The notes: generated by a model from the letters alone, not told the origin. DNA of 64,000 nt from an uncultured Eubacteriales bacterium (GCA_963605425.1 CAVCUQ010000005.1:3460-67459), one strand, 5' to 3'; shown: positions 1-9,686, numbered from the stretch's first letter. A program made the numbers and translations.

Positions 1-2
1 TG

Positions 3-1574
3 GTTACTGGTACTGATTATACTGTGTCTTTAGACTGTGCGGCTTATATGGAAGATGAGAAAGTAGTAAAGACAGAAGAAACAACATTAACTTTAGAACA
101 TGATAAACTATATACTATTTCTTTGAATGGCAACTTTGATTTTGGTTATAACCCGGGAATTTATAATATATGTTTTAAATATCTAAAAGGTAATGTTATA
201 AATGCTTGTTTCGAGGTTACAACTAATTCTGATGTATCTGAAGAATCATTTATTTCAATAAGAGAAAAAATAGAAAATTTCATATCTGGTTTATCTCTTG
301 ATTTACATAAAAATGCTATAGCCCCTGACACAGACGCCGACCTTTCTAGCAAACAATATCTTTTTAAGGCTTTTTGTGATTATTCTGACAATTTTAATCT
401 AGCTTGTCATAATATTGAAAAGTATCTTGATACTAAGCTTGAAAATAAAATAGTAAAAACAGAAAATTCTGCTAAGCAAAATCAAGCTAGTATTAAGAAA
501 ACTATTTTAAAAGGTACAAACTACGGTGTTAAAAAACAAGAAAACATAAATAAGACAGCTGGAGTTTTAAAACAATATCTATTAAGAATTGATAAGAAAT
601 TAAAACTTATAAAAGAACCGTTTGAAGTTAATATTAATCATCTTTCAGAAGAAATAGAATCTCTAGAAGCTGAAGTTGTAAAAAAGACTAATGATTTAAA
701 GGATGAGAATCTTTCTCTAAATAAAATTAAAGGTATTAATAATAGAATTAAATGTTTAAATAGTTTTATTAAAGGTAAGAAAAATTCTTTAGATATTACA
801 AGAGAGCACTTTGAAGCTTATAAAATAATTAAAAACTCAATGACTAAATTGTTTAGCATGAAGTCTATGAAGAAGGCGGAAGCTAAAATTACTGGGGACA
901 CTAATCTATTTACTACAGATACAAATTTTAAATTTATTAAGGAATTTACTAACTTAATTGAAGGTAAAGAAAGTAAATTAAGAGATGGATTTGAATATTA
1001 TGAAAAGAAAAAGAGTAGTGAATTATTTGAAATTTATGGTTTAATATTGATAAGTCAAGCATTAAAAGAAATAGGATATGATAGCTCTGTTGATTTAAAT
1101 AGTCTTACTAATATACAAAGTAATGATAGTTTTATATTTACTAGAGATAATAAAACAATCAAGGTTATTTATGATAATTATGCTAAAAATTATAAAGAAG
1201 CAGATATTGATGATGTTGTTAGTATTAACTCAAGGCACAATAGACCAGATTACACTTTAGTTTATTATGAGGATGATGAATTTAAAGAGATAGTCATTGT
1301 TGAAATGAAGTATAGATCACTAGCTAAAATATTTCATTCTTTTAAACGCGATTGTGAACTAGATTTTACTATCAATGATTACTACCAGCTTGCATATAAA
1401 GAGACAAATGAAACTTATCCTATAAGAGGAGTTTCTAAGGTTCTTCTTTTATATCCATCTGAAAGAGAAGTAGAATTTGTAAGAGGTTTTGCTCATATTA
1501 TCTCTTTTACTCCTAGTATAGATGAACAAGAGAGCAAATCTTTTAAATTATTAACTCAATTATTAGATAATTAA
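3..1574 (+). CDS. PD-(D/E)XK nuclease-domain protein, 5' end outside the window (long helical K/E/N-rich region plus C-terminal nuclease; DUF2357/McrC-like architecture)
   Basis: The frame is open from base 3 to the window edge, so the GTG at 24 is probably internal. The C-terminal motif RPDYTLV-x17-VEMKYR (nt 1245-1310) is a classic PD...ExK core. Confidence 0.55.
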   Translation, partial: VTGTDYTVSLDCAAYMEDEKVVKTEETTLTLEHDKLYTISLNGNFDFGYNPGIYNICFKYLKGNVINACFEVTTNSDVSEESFISIREKIENFISGLSLDLHKNAIAPDTDADLSSKQYLFKAFCDYSDNFNLACHNIEKYLDTKLENKIVKTENSAKQNQASIKKTILKGTNYGVKKQENINKTAGVLKQYLLRIDKKLKLIKEPFEVNINHLSEEIESLEAEVVKKTNDLKDENLSLNKIKGINNRIKCLNSFIKGKKNSLDITREHFEAYKIIKNSMTKLFSMKSMKKAEAKITGDTNLFTTDTNFKFIKEFTNLIEGKESKLRDGFEYYEKKKSSELFEIYGLILISQALKEIGYDSSVDLNSLTNIQSNDSFIFTRDNKTIKVIYDNYAKNYKEADIDDVVSINSRHNRPDYTLVYYEDDEFKEIVIVEMKYRSLAKIFHSFKRDCELDFTINDYYQLAYKETNETYPIRGVSKVLLLYPSEREVEFVRGFAHIISFTPSIDEQESKSFKLLTQLLDN

Positions 1575-1627
1575 ATGAATTACTTGATTTTATAAATAAT
1601 TGTGCTAGAATATTCTAGCAATTTAAT

Positions 1628-1672
1628 AAGACAGTTCGTTTGTACCATCCTGTCTCTAAACAAAACCAGGGC
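1628..1672 (+). promoter_or_regulatory. preQ1-I riboswitch aptamer
   Basis: P1 stem GACAG/CUGUC encloses loop UUCGUUUGUACCAUC, followed by the A-rich tail UCUAAACAAAACCAGGG. The layout resembles known preQ1-I aptamers. It sits directly upstream of a queuosine biosynthesis operon. Confidence 0.65.
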
Positions 1673-1689
1673 TTATACTTGTATATGAT

Positions 1690-1727
1690 GGGACTTTATT
1701 ATTTTTTAATAAGGTCCCTTTTCTTTT
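1690..1727 (+). terminator. intrinsic terminator (riboswitch expression platform)
   Basis: 11-bp stem GGGACTTTATT/AATAAGGTCCC (one G-U pair) with a 7-nt loop, followed by TTTTCTTTT. It lies between the aptamer and the queD RBS. Confidence 0.75.
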
Positions 1728-1772
1728 AGTATGGCTCTTTGGGCCATATTTTTTATTTTCGGAGGATTTTAT

Positions 1773-2168
1773 ATGTATATTTTATCAAGTAAAGCAGAAT
1801 TTGACGCTGCTCACTTCTTATCTAACTATAATGGTAAATGCCATAACATTCATGGTCATAGATGGGCTGTTTATGTATCTATTAAAGGTGAACTAAACAA
1901 TGGAATGGTTGTGGATTTTACTGATTTAAAGCACGATATAAAAGAGATGTGCGATTATTTTGATCATAGCTTTATTGTTGAAAAGGATTCATTAGATCAA
2001 AATATCTTAACATTACTTCAAAAAGAATTCTTAATTAGAATAGTTGATTTTAGAACTACAGCTGAGAATTTTGCAAAATATTTTTATGATACTTTATCTA
2101 ATAAATATGAAGTTGAAAGTGTTAAAGTTTATGAAACACCTAATAATATGGCGGAGTATAGAAAATGA
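1773..2168 (+). CDS. queD: 6-carboxy-5,6,7,8-tetrahydropterin synthase
   Basis: Motifs AEFDAAHF and HNIHGHRW. GGAGG RBS at 1761-1765 precedes the ATG at 1773. The track start at 1731 lies inside the terminator T-run. Confidence 0.85.
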   Translation: MYILSSKAEFDAAHFLSNYNGKCHNIHGHRWAVYVSIKGELNNGMVVDFTDLKHDIKEMCDYFDHSFIVEKDSLDQNILTLLQKEFLIRIVDFRTTAENFAKYFYDTLSNKYEVESVKVYETPNNMAEYRK

Positions 2169-2815
2169 AAGTAATTGAAAAATTTATATCTATTAATGGA
2201 GAGGGAATGAAACAAGGAGAACTTGCAATCTTTATTCGTCTTGCAGGTTGTAATTTAAGATGCGCGTATTGTGATACTACTTATTCATTTGTTAATCCAA
2301 AATATAGTGAAGAATCAGCCCAAGAAATATTAGATTACTGCTTAGATAGCGGTATAACTAACGTTACTTTAACAGGAGGAGAGCCTTTAATTCATGATGG
2401 TGTTTATGATTTAATTAAGGCTTTATCTTTAAATAATTTTAATATCGAAATAGAAACAAATGGTTCTGTTTCAATTAAAGATTATTTAGATTTAGATAAT
2501 GTTTCTTTTACTTTAGACTATAAAACAGCTTGTTCTAAAATGAACACCTTTATGGATTTTGATAATTATAAATACTTAAGAAGAAAAGATTCAATTAAGT
2601 TTGTATGCGCAAGTATTTCTGATTTAGAAGAAAGTTTAAATATTATTAATAAATATAATTTAATTAACAAATGTAATTTAATCTTTTCACCAGTATGGGA
2701 TGCAATAAAGTTTGAAGATATTGTTAATTTTATGAAGGAACATAAATTAAATAATATGCGTATGCAATTACAAATTCATAAGATTATTTGGGATAAGGAT
2801 ACAAAAGGAGTATAG
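2165..2815 (+). CDS. queE: 7-carboxy-7-deazaguanine synthase (radical SAM)
   Basis: [10 protein letters not shown] radical-SAM cluster motif, FISINGEG N-terminus, ATGA overlap with queD. Confidence 0.85.
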   Translation: MKVIEKFISINGEGMKQGELAIFIRLAGCNLRCAYCDTTYSFVNPKYSEESAQEILDYCLDSGITNVTLTGGEPLIHDGVYDLIKALSLNNFNIEIETNGSVSIKDYLDLDNVSFTLDYKTACSKMNTFMDFDNYKYLRRKDSIKFVCASISDLEESLNIINKYNLINKCNLIFSPVWDAIKFEDIVNFMKEHKLNNMRMQLQIHKIIWDKDTKGV

Positions 2816-2817
2816 AA

Positions 2818-3366
2818 ATGATTGATACAGAAAAATTAGAAGAAGCCTTTAGTATGATTTTAGAGGCTTTAGGTGATGACCCTAAAAGAGAAGGTTTAAT
2901 TGATACACCTAAGAGAGCATCTTTAATGTATAAAGAGATGTTTGATGGTATGAACTATACAAATAATGAACTTATTGATATGTTTAATAAGACATTTGAA
3001 GAAGATTATTTAACAGATAGTAAAAATATAGTTATTATGAAAGATATTCCTATATTCTCTTTTTGTGAACATCATTTAGCTTTAATGTATGATATGAGTG
3101 TTGATATAGCCTATATTCCAAATGGTAAGGTTATTGGTTTATCTAAACTAGCACGTATTGCAGACCTTGCAAGCAAGAGATTACAACTTCAAGAACGCAT
3201 TGGAAATGATATTTTATATATAACAAAAGGTATTACTAATTCAAATGATATTATTGTTAGAATTAGGGGAAAACATTCTTGTGTTACTGCTCGTGGTATA
3301 AAGAAAGATAGCACAACTACAACTATATCTAAAATAGGAAATTTAGGAGCGGAGGTATTTATTTAA
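2818..3366 (+). CDS. folE: GTP cyclohydrolase I
   Basis: Motifs [15 protein letters not shown] and RLQLQER; located within the que operon. Confidence 0.85.
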   Translation: MIDTEKLEEAFSMILEALGDDPKREGLIDTPKRASLMYKEMFDGMNYTNNELIDMFNKTFEEDYLTDSKNIVIMKDIPIFSFCEHHLALMYDMSVDIAYIPNGKVIGLSKLARIADLASKRLQLQERIGNDILYITKGITNSNDIIVRIRGKHSCVTARGIKKDSTTTTISKIGNLGAEVFI

Positions 3367-4052
3367 TGAAAACATTAGTATTAGTTTCAGGTGGACTTGA
3401 TTCATCTGTAGCACTTGCAAAAGCTGTAAGTGAAAGAGGTAGCGAAAATGTAGTAGCCTTATCTATTTCATATGGTCAAAAACATATAAAAGAGATAAAA
3501 GCTAGTAATGACATTTGTGCTTACTATCATGTAGAACATTTATATTTAGACTTAGGTGAAATATTTAAGTATTCTAACTGTTCACTATTAAGTTCATCAA
3601 GTGAAGAAGTTCCTCTTGCAAGTTATGAAGAACAATTAAAAAGTTTAAATGGAACACCTGTTTCTACATATGTGCCATTTAGAAATGGACTATTCTTATC
3701 ATCAGCTGCTAGCATAGCTATATCTAAGGGTTGTGATTTGATTTATTACGGTGCTCATAAGGATGACTCAGCTGGAAATGCATATCCTGATTGTTCAAAA
3801 GAATTTAATAAAGCTATTAATGATGCAATCTACATTGGTTCAGGAAATCAAGTTAGAGTAGAAGGTCCTTTTGTAAATATTTCTAAAAAGGATATTGTAA
3901 AACTAGGTACAAGTCTAAAGGTTCCATTTAATCTTACATGGTCATGTTATGAAGGACATGATAAAGCGTGTGGTAAATGTGGTACTTGTTTAGATAGAAT
4001 AGCAGCTTTTAAAGCTAATGGACTTGAAGATCCTATTGAATATGAGGAGTAA
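3366..4052 (+). CDS. queC: 7-cyano-7-deazaguanine synthase
   Basis: SGGLDSS PP-loop and C-terminal zinc motif CGKCGTC; TAATG overlap with folE. Confidence 0.9.
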   Translation: MKTLVLVSGGLDSSVALAKAVSERGSENVVALSISYGQKHIKEIKASNDICAYYHVEHLYLDLGEIFKYSNCSLLSSSSEEVPLASYEEQLKSLNGTPVSTYVPFRNGLFLSSAASIAISKGCDLIYYGAHKDDSAGNAYPDCSKEFNKAINDAIYIGSGNQVRVEGPFVNISKKDIVKLGTSLKVPFNLTWSCYEGHDKACGKCGTCLDRIAAFKANGLEDPIEYEE

Positions 4053-4054
4053 TT

Positions 4055-4534
4055 ATGAGAGAAGATAAATTAAATAATTTAGGTAATAAAAATACTAAAT
4101 ATGATTTTAACTATACACCAGAAGTACTTGAAAAGTTCTTAAACAAACATCCTGATAATGATTATTTTGTAAAGTTTAACTGTCCTGAGTTTACATCATT
4201 ATGCCCTATTACTGGACAACCTGATTTTGGTACAGTTTATATTTCCTATATTCCAGGAAAATATATGGTTGAATCTAAATCTTTAAAATTATATTTATTT
4301 TCATTTAGAAATCATGGTGACTTCCATGAGGACTGTATGAATATAATTATGAAAGATTTAATTAAATTGATGGATCCTAAATATATTGAAGTTTGGGGTA
4401 AATTCTTACCTCGTGGTGGTATTTCTATTGATCCATATTGTAATTATGGTAAGAAAGGTACTAAGTTTGAGAAATTAGCTGAAACAAGATTATTTAATCA
4501 TGACTTATATCCTGAAAAGATAGATAATAGATAA
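4055..4534 (+). CDS. queF: NADPH-dependent 7-cyano-7-deazaguanine reductase
   Basis: [16 protein letters not shown] catalytic motif, about 160 aa (YkvM type). Confidence 0.9.
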   Translation: MREDKLNNLGNKNTKYDFNYTPEVLEKFLNKHPDNDYFVKFNCPEFTSLCPITGQPDFGTVYISYIPGKYMVESKSLKLYLFSFRNHGDFHEDCMNIIMKDLIKLMDPKYIEVWGKFLPRGGISIDPYCNYGKKGTKFEKLAETRLFNHDLYPEKIDNR

Positions 4535-4547
4535 TATTTAATGAATT

Positions 4548-4571
4548 GGCACTAGAATTAGTGTCTTTTTT
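4548..4571 (+). terminator. intrinsic terminator of the que operon
   Basis: 7-bp stem GGCACTA/TAGTGTC followed by TTTTTTATT. Confidence 0.6.
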
Positions 4572-4593
4572 ATTCAAAGGTTTTAGTAAAAAT

Positions 4594-4865
4594 TTATCTT
4601 TTTAGTTCCTTTAAAGCTTCTTCAATATCGGAATATCCTTTAGCGTTAGGATCTTTTGAAATTTCTTCAGCTTCTAAAAGAGCTAATAATGTTTCCTTAT
4701 TTGGTTCATCAAGTCTTACATCAAATGGAAAACCTCCAACAGAAAGAGATTTACTAAAAATATACTAATTGCTGTTTCTAAACTAATACCAAGTTCATTA
4801 TAAATAGCTTCTGACTGTTTCTTTAAATTTCTATCTAATTTAATATTTAAATTTGTTGATGACAT
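4594..4865 (-). pseudogene. frameshifted RelB/DinJ-family antitoxin remnant, no toxin partner
   Basis: The minus strand reads MSSTNLNIKLDRNLKKQSEAIYNELGISLETAISIFL, then needs a frame change to continue KSLSVGGFPFDVRLDEPNKETLLALLEAEEISKDPNAKGYSDIEEALKELKR*. Span is 272 nt, not a multiple of 3. Confidence 0.7.
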
Positions 4866-5052
4866 AAATGGTACCTCTTTTCTAAATTAATTATATGTGC
4901 AAATTTGAAAGAATGCTACTGAAATATTATTAAATATTACTTTATAGAACACTAGACTATTTTAAATATTTAGTCTAGTTTTTTACATGTGTAATAGACT
5001 TTTTGTTTTTAGTATAATAAAATAATACTATAACTTTAGGAGGTATATTGTT

Positions 5053-5997
5053 TTGAATAAGGAAAAGATAAAAAATATAATACTAGTTATTATAGGTAGT
5101 TTAATTGTAGCTCTTGCTAATTCATTATTTCTAGTACCATTTGATATTATTAAAGGTGGTATGACATCAGTTTCAATGATGATTAACTCCCTTTTATATC
5201 CAGTAATAGGGGTTAATTTAACAGATGTAATACTTTGGATTATAAATATTATATTATGGTTTGTAGCCTTACTTATTATTGGTAAGAAGTTTGCGATGTC
5301 TACCCTAGTTGGAACATTCTTTTATTCTGTATTTATAACTATATTTGTAAGATGTGATTTAGTTACAAAATTTGGATTAATGGATTATTACAATGAAGGT
5401 GATACTACAGCTAAATTAATATTATTTGGTTTAGCAGGTGGAGTAATTGATGGCTTTGGTGCTTCCCTTTGTTTTATCGGTAAAGGTTCAACAGGCGGAA
5501 GTGACGTTTTGAGTGTATCTTGTGTTAAATATTTAAATATTAAACAAGAAGTAGCTTCTCTTTTAATTAATATTATTACTATATTACTTGGTTTTATAGT
5601 ATTCCAAAGTTGGGGAAAGTTACTAGTAGGAATTCTTGCAGCTCTTGCTAGCTCACTAATGATTAAGAATGCTTATGGACGCTTTAACACTCATTACGTA
5701 GTTGAAATAATGACTGATAAAGTAGAAGAAATTCAAAAAATAATTGAAGAAGAACTAGATGAGACTTCTACTATATATTCAGTTCAAGGTGGATATTCAA
5801 AGAATGAGAAGAAACTTATTCGTACTGTTTTAATCTATAAGGAAGCTAAACTTTTAAAAGCACTAATTCCTCAAATAGATAAGAATGCCTTTGTTGTTGA
5901 ATATGAGACTACAAAAGGTTTTGGTGGATCCTTAAATGATGCTTATGTTAATAAGAGAGAGACAGAAGAGATACTTAATAAGATAGAACATAAATAA
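5053..5997 (+). CDS. YitT-family membrane protein with C-terminal DUF2179-like domain
   Basis: Polytopic N-terminus with IIKGGMTS and GGSDV motifs, soluble C-terminal domain ending FGG, TTG start behind an AGGAGG RBS. Confidence 0.75.
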   Translation: MNKEKIKNIILVIIGSLIVALANSLFLVPFDIIKGGMTSVSMMINSLLYPVIGVNLTDVILWIINIILWFVALLIIGKKFAMSTLVGTFFYSVFITIFVRCDLVTKFGLMDYYNEGDTTAKLILFGLAGGVIDGFGASLCFIGKGSTGGSDVLSVSCVKYLNIKQEVASLLINIITILLGFIVFQSWGKLLVGILAALASSLMIKNAYGRFNTHYVVEIMTDKVEEIQKIIEEELDETSTIYSVQGGYSKNEKKLIRTVLIYKEAKLLKALIPQIDKNAFVVEYETTKGFGGSLNDAYVNKRETEEILNKIEHK

Positions 5998-6067
5998 ATT
6001 TTATACTACTTTAAATTTTCTTTAAATTCATTATAATTTATTAAGAAGAGAGTAATAAAGGAGATTT

Positions 6068-6748
6068 ATGAGAAAGAGATTTTTATTTTGTTTAGCACCT
6101 ATTTTATTTTTAACAAGTTGTAAAATAAGTGGTAATTCTACAGTTTCTTATGCTTATGAAACATGTAGTGAGTCTAAAGACTGCAGTGTAGATATTACTT
6201 TAATAAAAGAAAAAGATAATAAGTCCTATACTTCAAATTATAGTTATCAAATTAAAGATGATAATATTCACCTTGCATCAAGTTCTAACTATTCAGATGG
6301 AACTAGTGAAGAAAAAGATATCTATAGAATTAATGGTAAACATTATAGCAAGACAAGTGATTCATATTCTGAAATTATAACATCAGAACTAGCAAATATT
6401 ACTACACTAAGTTCTGTTCTTTCTAAATATTTGGTTACTCTTACATCTATTCAATATGATATGACTTATAATGAGGAGATTGCGATGTATAAGTTAGATG
6501 CACCTCATGAATATTCAAATAATGCTTCAATAAAAGACATTATTGAAGATATGTATGTAAAAATCGATGTTAAAAGTACTAGTACAGAGTCTGAATCTAC
6601 AACTATAAATAACAATAATTTAAATAAAATTACTTATATTAAGTTATTTGTATCTAGATATAAAGAAGATCAACTTGACTCTAATTTAACATATATTTTT
6701 AATATTAATTACGGTATAGAATTAGAAATACCAAAGGAATTACAATAA
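6068..6748 (+). CDS. lipoprotein, unknown function
   Basis: Signal peptide with lipobox LFLTSC; S/T/N-rich mature part. Confidence 0.7.
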   Translation: MRKRFLFCLAPILFLTSCKISGNSTVSYAYETCSESKDCSVDITLIKEKDNKSYTSNYSYQIKDDNIHLASSSNYSDGTSEEKDIYRINGKHYSKTSDSYSEIITSELANITTLSSVLSKYLVTLTSIQYDMTYNEEIAMYKLDAPHEYSNNASIKDIIEDMYVKIDVKSTSTESESTTINNNNLNKITYIKLFVSRYKEDQLDSNLTYIFNINYGIELEIPKELQ

Positions 6749-6791
6749 TAAAAGACATAAGCTAAATTTGATAGTTTATGTCTTGATTTAT

Positions 6792-6881
6792 TTATTGTCT
6801 AAATATAAATATCACTACAACAAGTAATATAAGAAGAGGACCTGCTACCTCAATTATTCTTATAATGTCATCAGCGCTCAT
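6792..6881 (-). CDS. 29-aa hydrophobic small protein (MSADDIIRIIEVAGPLLILLVVVIFIFRQ)
   Basis: Strong AGGGAGG RBS 8 nt upstream of the ATG, one TM helix, followed by the shared hairpin at 6752-6786. Not in the ORF track because it is too short. Confidence 0.4.
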   Translation of the reverse strand: MSADDIIRIIEVAGPLLILLVVVIFIFRQ

Positions 6882-6910
6882 ATCTATAGCCTCCCTATAA
6901 CATTATTGTA

Positions 6911-6932
6911 ATATATATATATATATATATAT
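6911..6932. repeat. (AT)11 dinucleotide microsatellite
   Basis: Perfect atatat... run in the intergenic region upstream of the MATE gene. Confidence 0.95.
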
Positions 6933-7011
6933 CAAGCAAAAATTAATTTCTTAAGCAAACTATTTGTCTTATATTATTTAAAAGGTATAGAATTTTTAAA
7001 AGGGTGATTGT

Positions 7012-8376
7012 ATGAGTTTTAAATTAAAGAGATTAGCAAATAATATTGATATGACAGAAGGCAATTCCTTAAAAGCTATCATATTATTTACACTTCCATT
7101 ACTTTTAGGAAATATATTTCAACAACTATATAATATAGCAGACAGTTCAATAGTAGGTAAATTTGTAGGAGACGAGGCTATGGCAGCTGTTTCTTCATCA
7201 GGTTCCCTAATCAATCTACTTATAGGACTAGTTCAAGGTATATCAGTAGGTGCCGGAATTGTAGTAGCCCAGTATTTTGGTGCTCGTGATAAAGAAAGAC
7301 TTTCAAATACTATTCATACAACTGTATTATTTTCTTTTTGTTTAGGACTAGTACTTTCGGTAGTTGGTTTCTTTTTAGCTCCTGTACTATTAGAATTAAT
7401 GAAGACAGATAGTGAAATATTACCTAATAGTATAGCTTATTTCCATACCTACTTTATTGGTGTAATATTTACTGTCATGTATAATGCTTTTGCATCTATA
7501 CTTAGAGCAGTAGGAGATTCAAAAAGACCACTTTATTATTTGATAGTATCAAGTATAGCTAATATCTTACTTGATTTACTCTTTGTAGGTGCTTTTAAGT
7601 GGGGCGTTGTTGGAGCAGGGGTAGCCACTATAATAAGCCAAGGCATAAGTGCAGTATGTGCGCTTATTCAACTTACAGGTACTAAAGAAGAATATAAACT
7701 AGAATTTAAAAAGATAAGATTTCATAAAGATGAATTAATTAAAATTATTAAGTATGGTATTCCAACTGGACTTCAAAACTCAATAGTATCCTTTGCAAAT
7801 ACTTTTGTTCTGTCTAATGTAAATACCTTTGGTAAAGTAGCTACTTCAAGTTATGGCGCTTATAGTAAGATAGAAGGTTTTGCAACACTTGCATCAGGAA
7901 GCTTTTCTATGTCTTTATCTACTTATGTGGGTCAAAACATAGGTGCTGGTAAATATGATAGATGTAAAAAAGGTGCTTACCTAGGACTTTTAACTGATGT
8001 ATTATTTACTGAATTTTTAGCTATTTTAATGATTATTTTAGCTTATCCTTTAGCTAATATGTTTTCCGATACTGAAGAAGTAATTGAAGGATGTATAAAA
8101 CAAATTAAACTAATAGCCCCATTCTATTTCTTACTAGCTTATTCTCATGGTATAAGCGGTATACTAAGAGGAGCTGGTTTTTCTAAGACACCAATGATTA
8201 CCTTAATAGTATGCTGGGTTGGTGTTAGAATCTTTGGTATACCTATTGCTTTAAATTATATTAATAATGATATAACTACAATATTCTGGTTTTATCCATT
8301 TACTTGGAGTCTTTCAACTATTGTTCTTACTGTATTTGCATACTTTTCAAAATGGAATAAAAAAAGTAGAAGTTAG
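7012..8376 (+). CDS. MATE-family efflux transporter
   Basis: 12-TM protein with the N-terminal PLLLGNIFQQLYNIADSSIVGKFVG signature. Confidence 0.85.
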   Translation: MSFKLKRLANNIDMTEGNSLKAIILFTLPLLLGNIFQQLYNIADSSIVGKFVGDEAMAAVSSSGSLINLLIGLVQGISVGAGIVVAQYFGARDKERLSNTIHTTVLFSFCLGLVLSVVGFFLAPVLLELMKTDSEILPNSIAYFHTYFIGVIFTVMYNAFASILRAVGDSKRPLYYLIVSSIANILLDLLFVGAFKWGVVGAGVATIISQGISAVCALIQLTGTKEEYKLEFKKIRFHKDELIKIIKYGIPTGLQNSIVSFANTFVLSNVNTFGKVATSSYGAYSKIEGFATLASGSFSMSLSTYVGQNIGAGKYDRCKKGAYLGLLTDVLFTEFLAILMIILAYPLANMFSDTEEVIEGCIKQIKLIAPFYFLLAYSHGISGILRGAGFSKTPMITLIVCWVGVRIFGIPIALNYINNDITTIFWFYPFTWSLSTIVLTVFAYFSKWNKKSRS

Positions 8377-8391
8377 AGTTTCTCTAGCTTC
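8369..8391. terminator. hairpin between convergent genes (bidirectional terminator)
   Basis: 10-bp stem GAAGTTAGAG/CTCTAGCTTC with a 3-nt loop; TATTTT follows on the + strand. Confidence 0.55.
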
Positions 8392-8406
8392 TATTTTGAT
8401 ATGAAT

Positions 8407-8937
8407 TTAATATAAAATATCTTCCTTTAATTCATCTACTTTATCTTCACCATATAAATATTTAACTATTGCAAAAGCAAAATCTATAGCTGTACCGCAA
8501 CTTCTACTAGTTATGATATTACCTGATGTTTCAACTTTAGCATTTGTAAAATATCCATTAAAATCCTTATTCATAGGTGTAAATAAAGTATAGTTAATGC
8601 CATCTAGATATCCAAGTTTACCTAGGATAGTAGGAGTTGCACAAATAGAAGCTACAGCCTTGTTTTCCTTGAAATGTTTTATAGCATTTAAATATAATTT
8701 ATCATTTTGATTGTTTAAAAATTGTTTACCACCTGAAAGTACTAAAATATCATAGTTATCAAAACTGATATCCTCATAATTACAATCAGCTTTAACTATT
8801 AGACCATGACTACCTTTTACATATTCACTTCTAGATGAAAGAGTAACAGAAGCACCACATCTTTTAAGCAAATCGTATGGAGTGATTGTTTCAACCTCTT
8901 CAAATCCATCATTGATAATCATTAATACATTTTTCAT
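8407..8937 (-). CDS. DJ-1/PfpI-family protein
   Basis: About 176 aa with NDGFEEVE N-terminus and the nucleophile-elbow motif ASICATP. Confidence 0.85.
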   Translation of the reverse strand: MKNVLMIINDGFEEVETITPYDLLKRCGASVTLSSRSEYVKGSHGLIVKADCNYEDISFDNYDILVLSGGKQFLNNQNDKLYLNAIKHFKENKAVASICATPTILGKLGYLDGINYTLFTPMNKDFNGYFTNAKVETSGNIITSRSCGTAIDFAFAIVKYLYGEDKVDELKEDILY

Positions 8938-9000
8938 TTTTCTTCACCTCAATTTATTATATCAAATTTTTTCTTACTTATTTCAATATATTAATAATTT

Positions 9001-9009
9001 TGTTATAAT
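9001..9009 (+). promoter_or_regulatory. extended -10 promoter element (TGTTATAAT)
   Basis: TGnTATAAT lies 20 nt upstream of the ATG at 9029. Confidence 0.45.
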
Positions 9010-9028
9010 TTATTCGAGTGTGATTAAC

Positions 9029-9676
9029 ATGACTAAAAATGAAGTTTTAGATATTATTAATTCCAAATATAAAGTAATTAAGGATACAACAAGAGAAACT
9101 TTAGTTTTAATTAATGGTCACAAATTAAGATATATCAAAGATGCTCACAAATATATTGTTGATGGGTATGAAACTATATCTGTTACAGACTTAATTAAAA
9201 GAACTAATCCTAATCTTTATGATGGTGTTAATAAAAAATATTTAAATATTGGTTCACGACGTGGTAATAGTCTTCATGAGTCTATTAACTACTATGAGGC
9301 TACTGGTAACGAAGGATTTTCTGATGAATTCAAATCATATTTAAAATTAAAGGAAGAATATAAAATAGAATCTATTTTTAATGAACTTTATATTTTAATA
9401 GTAAATACTAAAGGAGAACCACTTTGTGCTGGAAGACTTGATATGCTGTTTCTAGCAGAAAATAGTCTTGGTATCTTAGAATTTAAAAGGACCTGCGAAC
9501 TTTATTTAGATAATGTTACATTGCAATTAAACTTATATAGATATGGATTTATTCAAACATACGGAATTAACATCGATAATCTATTATGCTTTAGACTTCG
9601 TGACAGTTTGAAGGAGTCTACAGTAATTAAAATTGATAATGTGTTAGCCGAAAGCGCACTTTATGCTTATTTATAG
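9029..9676 (+). CDS. PD-(D/E)XK nuclease-family protein (RecB/Cas4-like fold, no Cys cluster)
   Basis: Motifs GNSLHESINYYE and GRLDMLF-x9-LEFKRT (D...ExK). The track start at 8882 overlaps the DJ-1 gene, so the ATG at 9029 behind the promoter is preferred. Confidence 0.6.
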   Translation: MTKNEVLDIINSKYKVIKDTTRETLVLINGHKLRYIKDAHKYIVDGYETISVTDLIKRTNPNLYDGVNKKYLNIGSRRGNSLHESINYYEATGNEGFSDEFKSYLKLKEEYKIESIFNELYILIVNTKGEPLCAGRLDMLFLAENSLGILEFKRTCELYLDNVTLQLNLYRYGFIQTYGINIDNLLCFRLRDSLKESTVIKIDNVLAESALYAYL

Positions 9677-9686
9677 GAGAAATATT

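Noticed and set aside
1731-1772. Upstream ATG start for queD (MALWAIFFIFGGFY...).
   Set aside because: It begins inside the riboswitch terminator T-run and adds a non-homologous hydrophobic peptide. GGAGG plus the ATG at 1773 gives the canonical QueD N-terminus.
4951-4985. Orphan +-strand terminator-like hairpin (ACTAGACTA / TAGTCTAGT followed by TTTTT) with no upstream +-strand ORF, considered as the end of a small RNA or a leader for the YitT gene.
   Set aside because: The YitT gene has its own TAGTATAAT element downstream of the hairpin, and I could find no promoter or conserved aptamer-like structure upstream. It may be a relic of the degraded TA locus. The evidence is insufficient.
8882-9028. 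N-terminal extension of the nuclease ORF, which overlaps the 5' end of the divergent DJ-1 gene.
   Set aside because: The extension is hydrophobic junk read through the DJ-1 start and promoter region. A TGTTATAAT promoter at 9001 and the ATG at 9029 give a sensible start.
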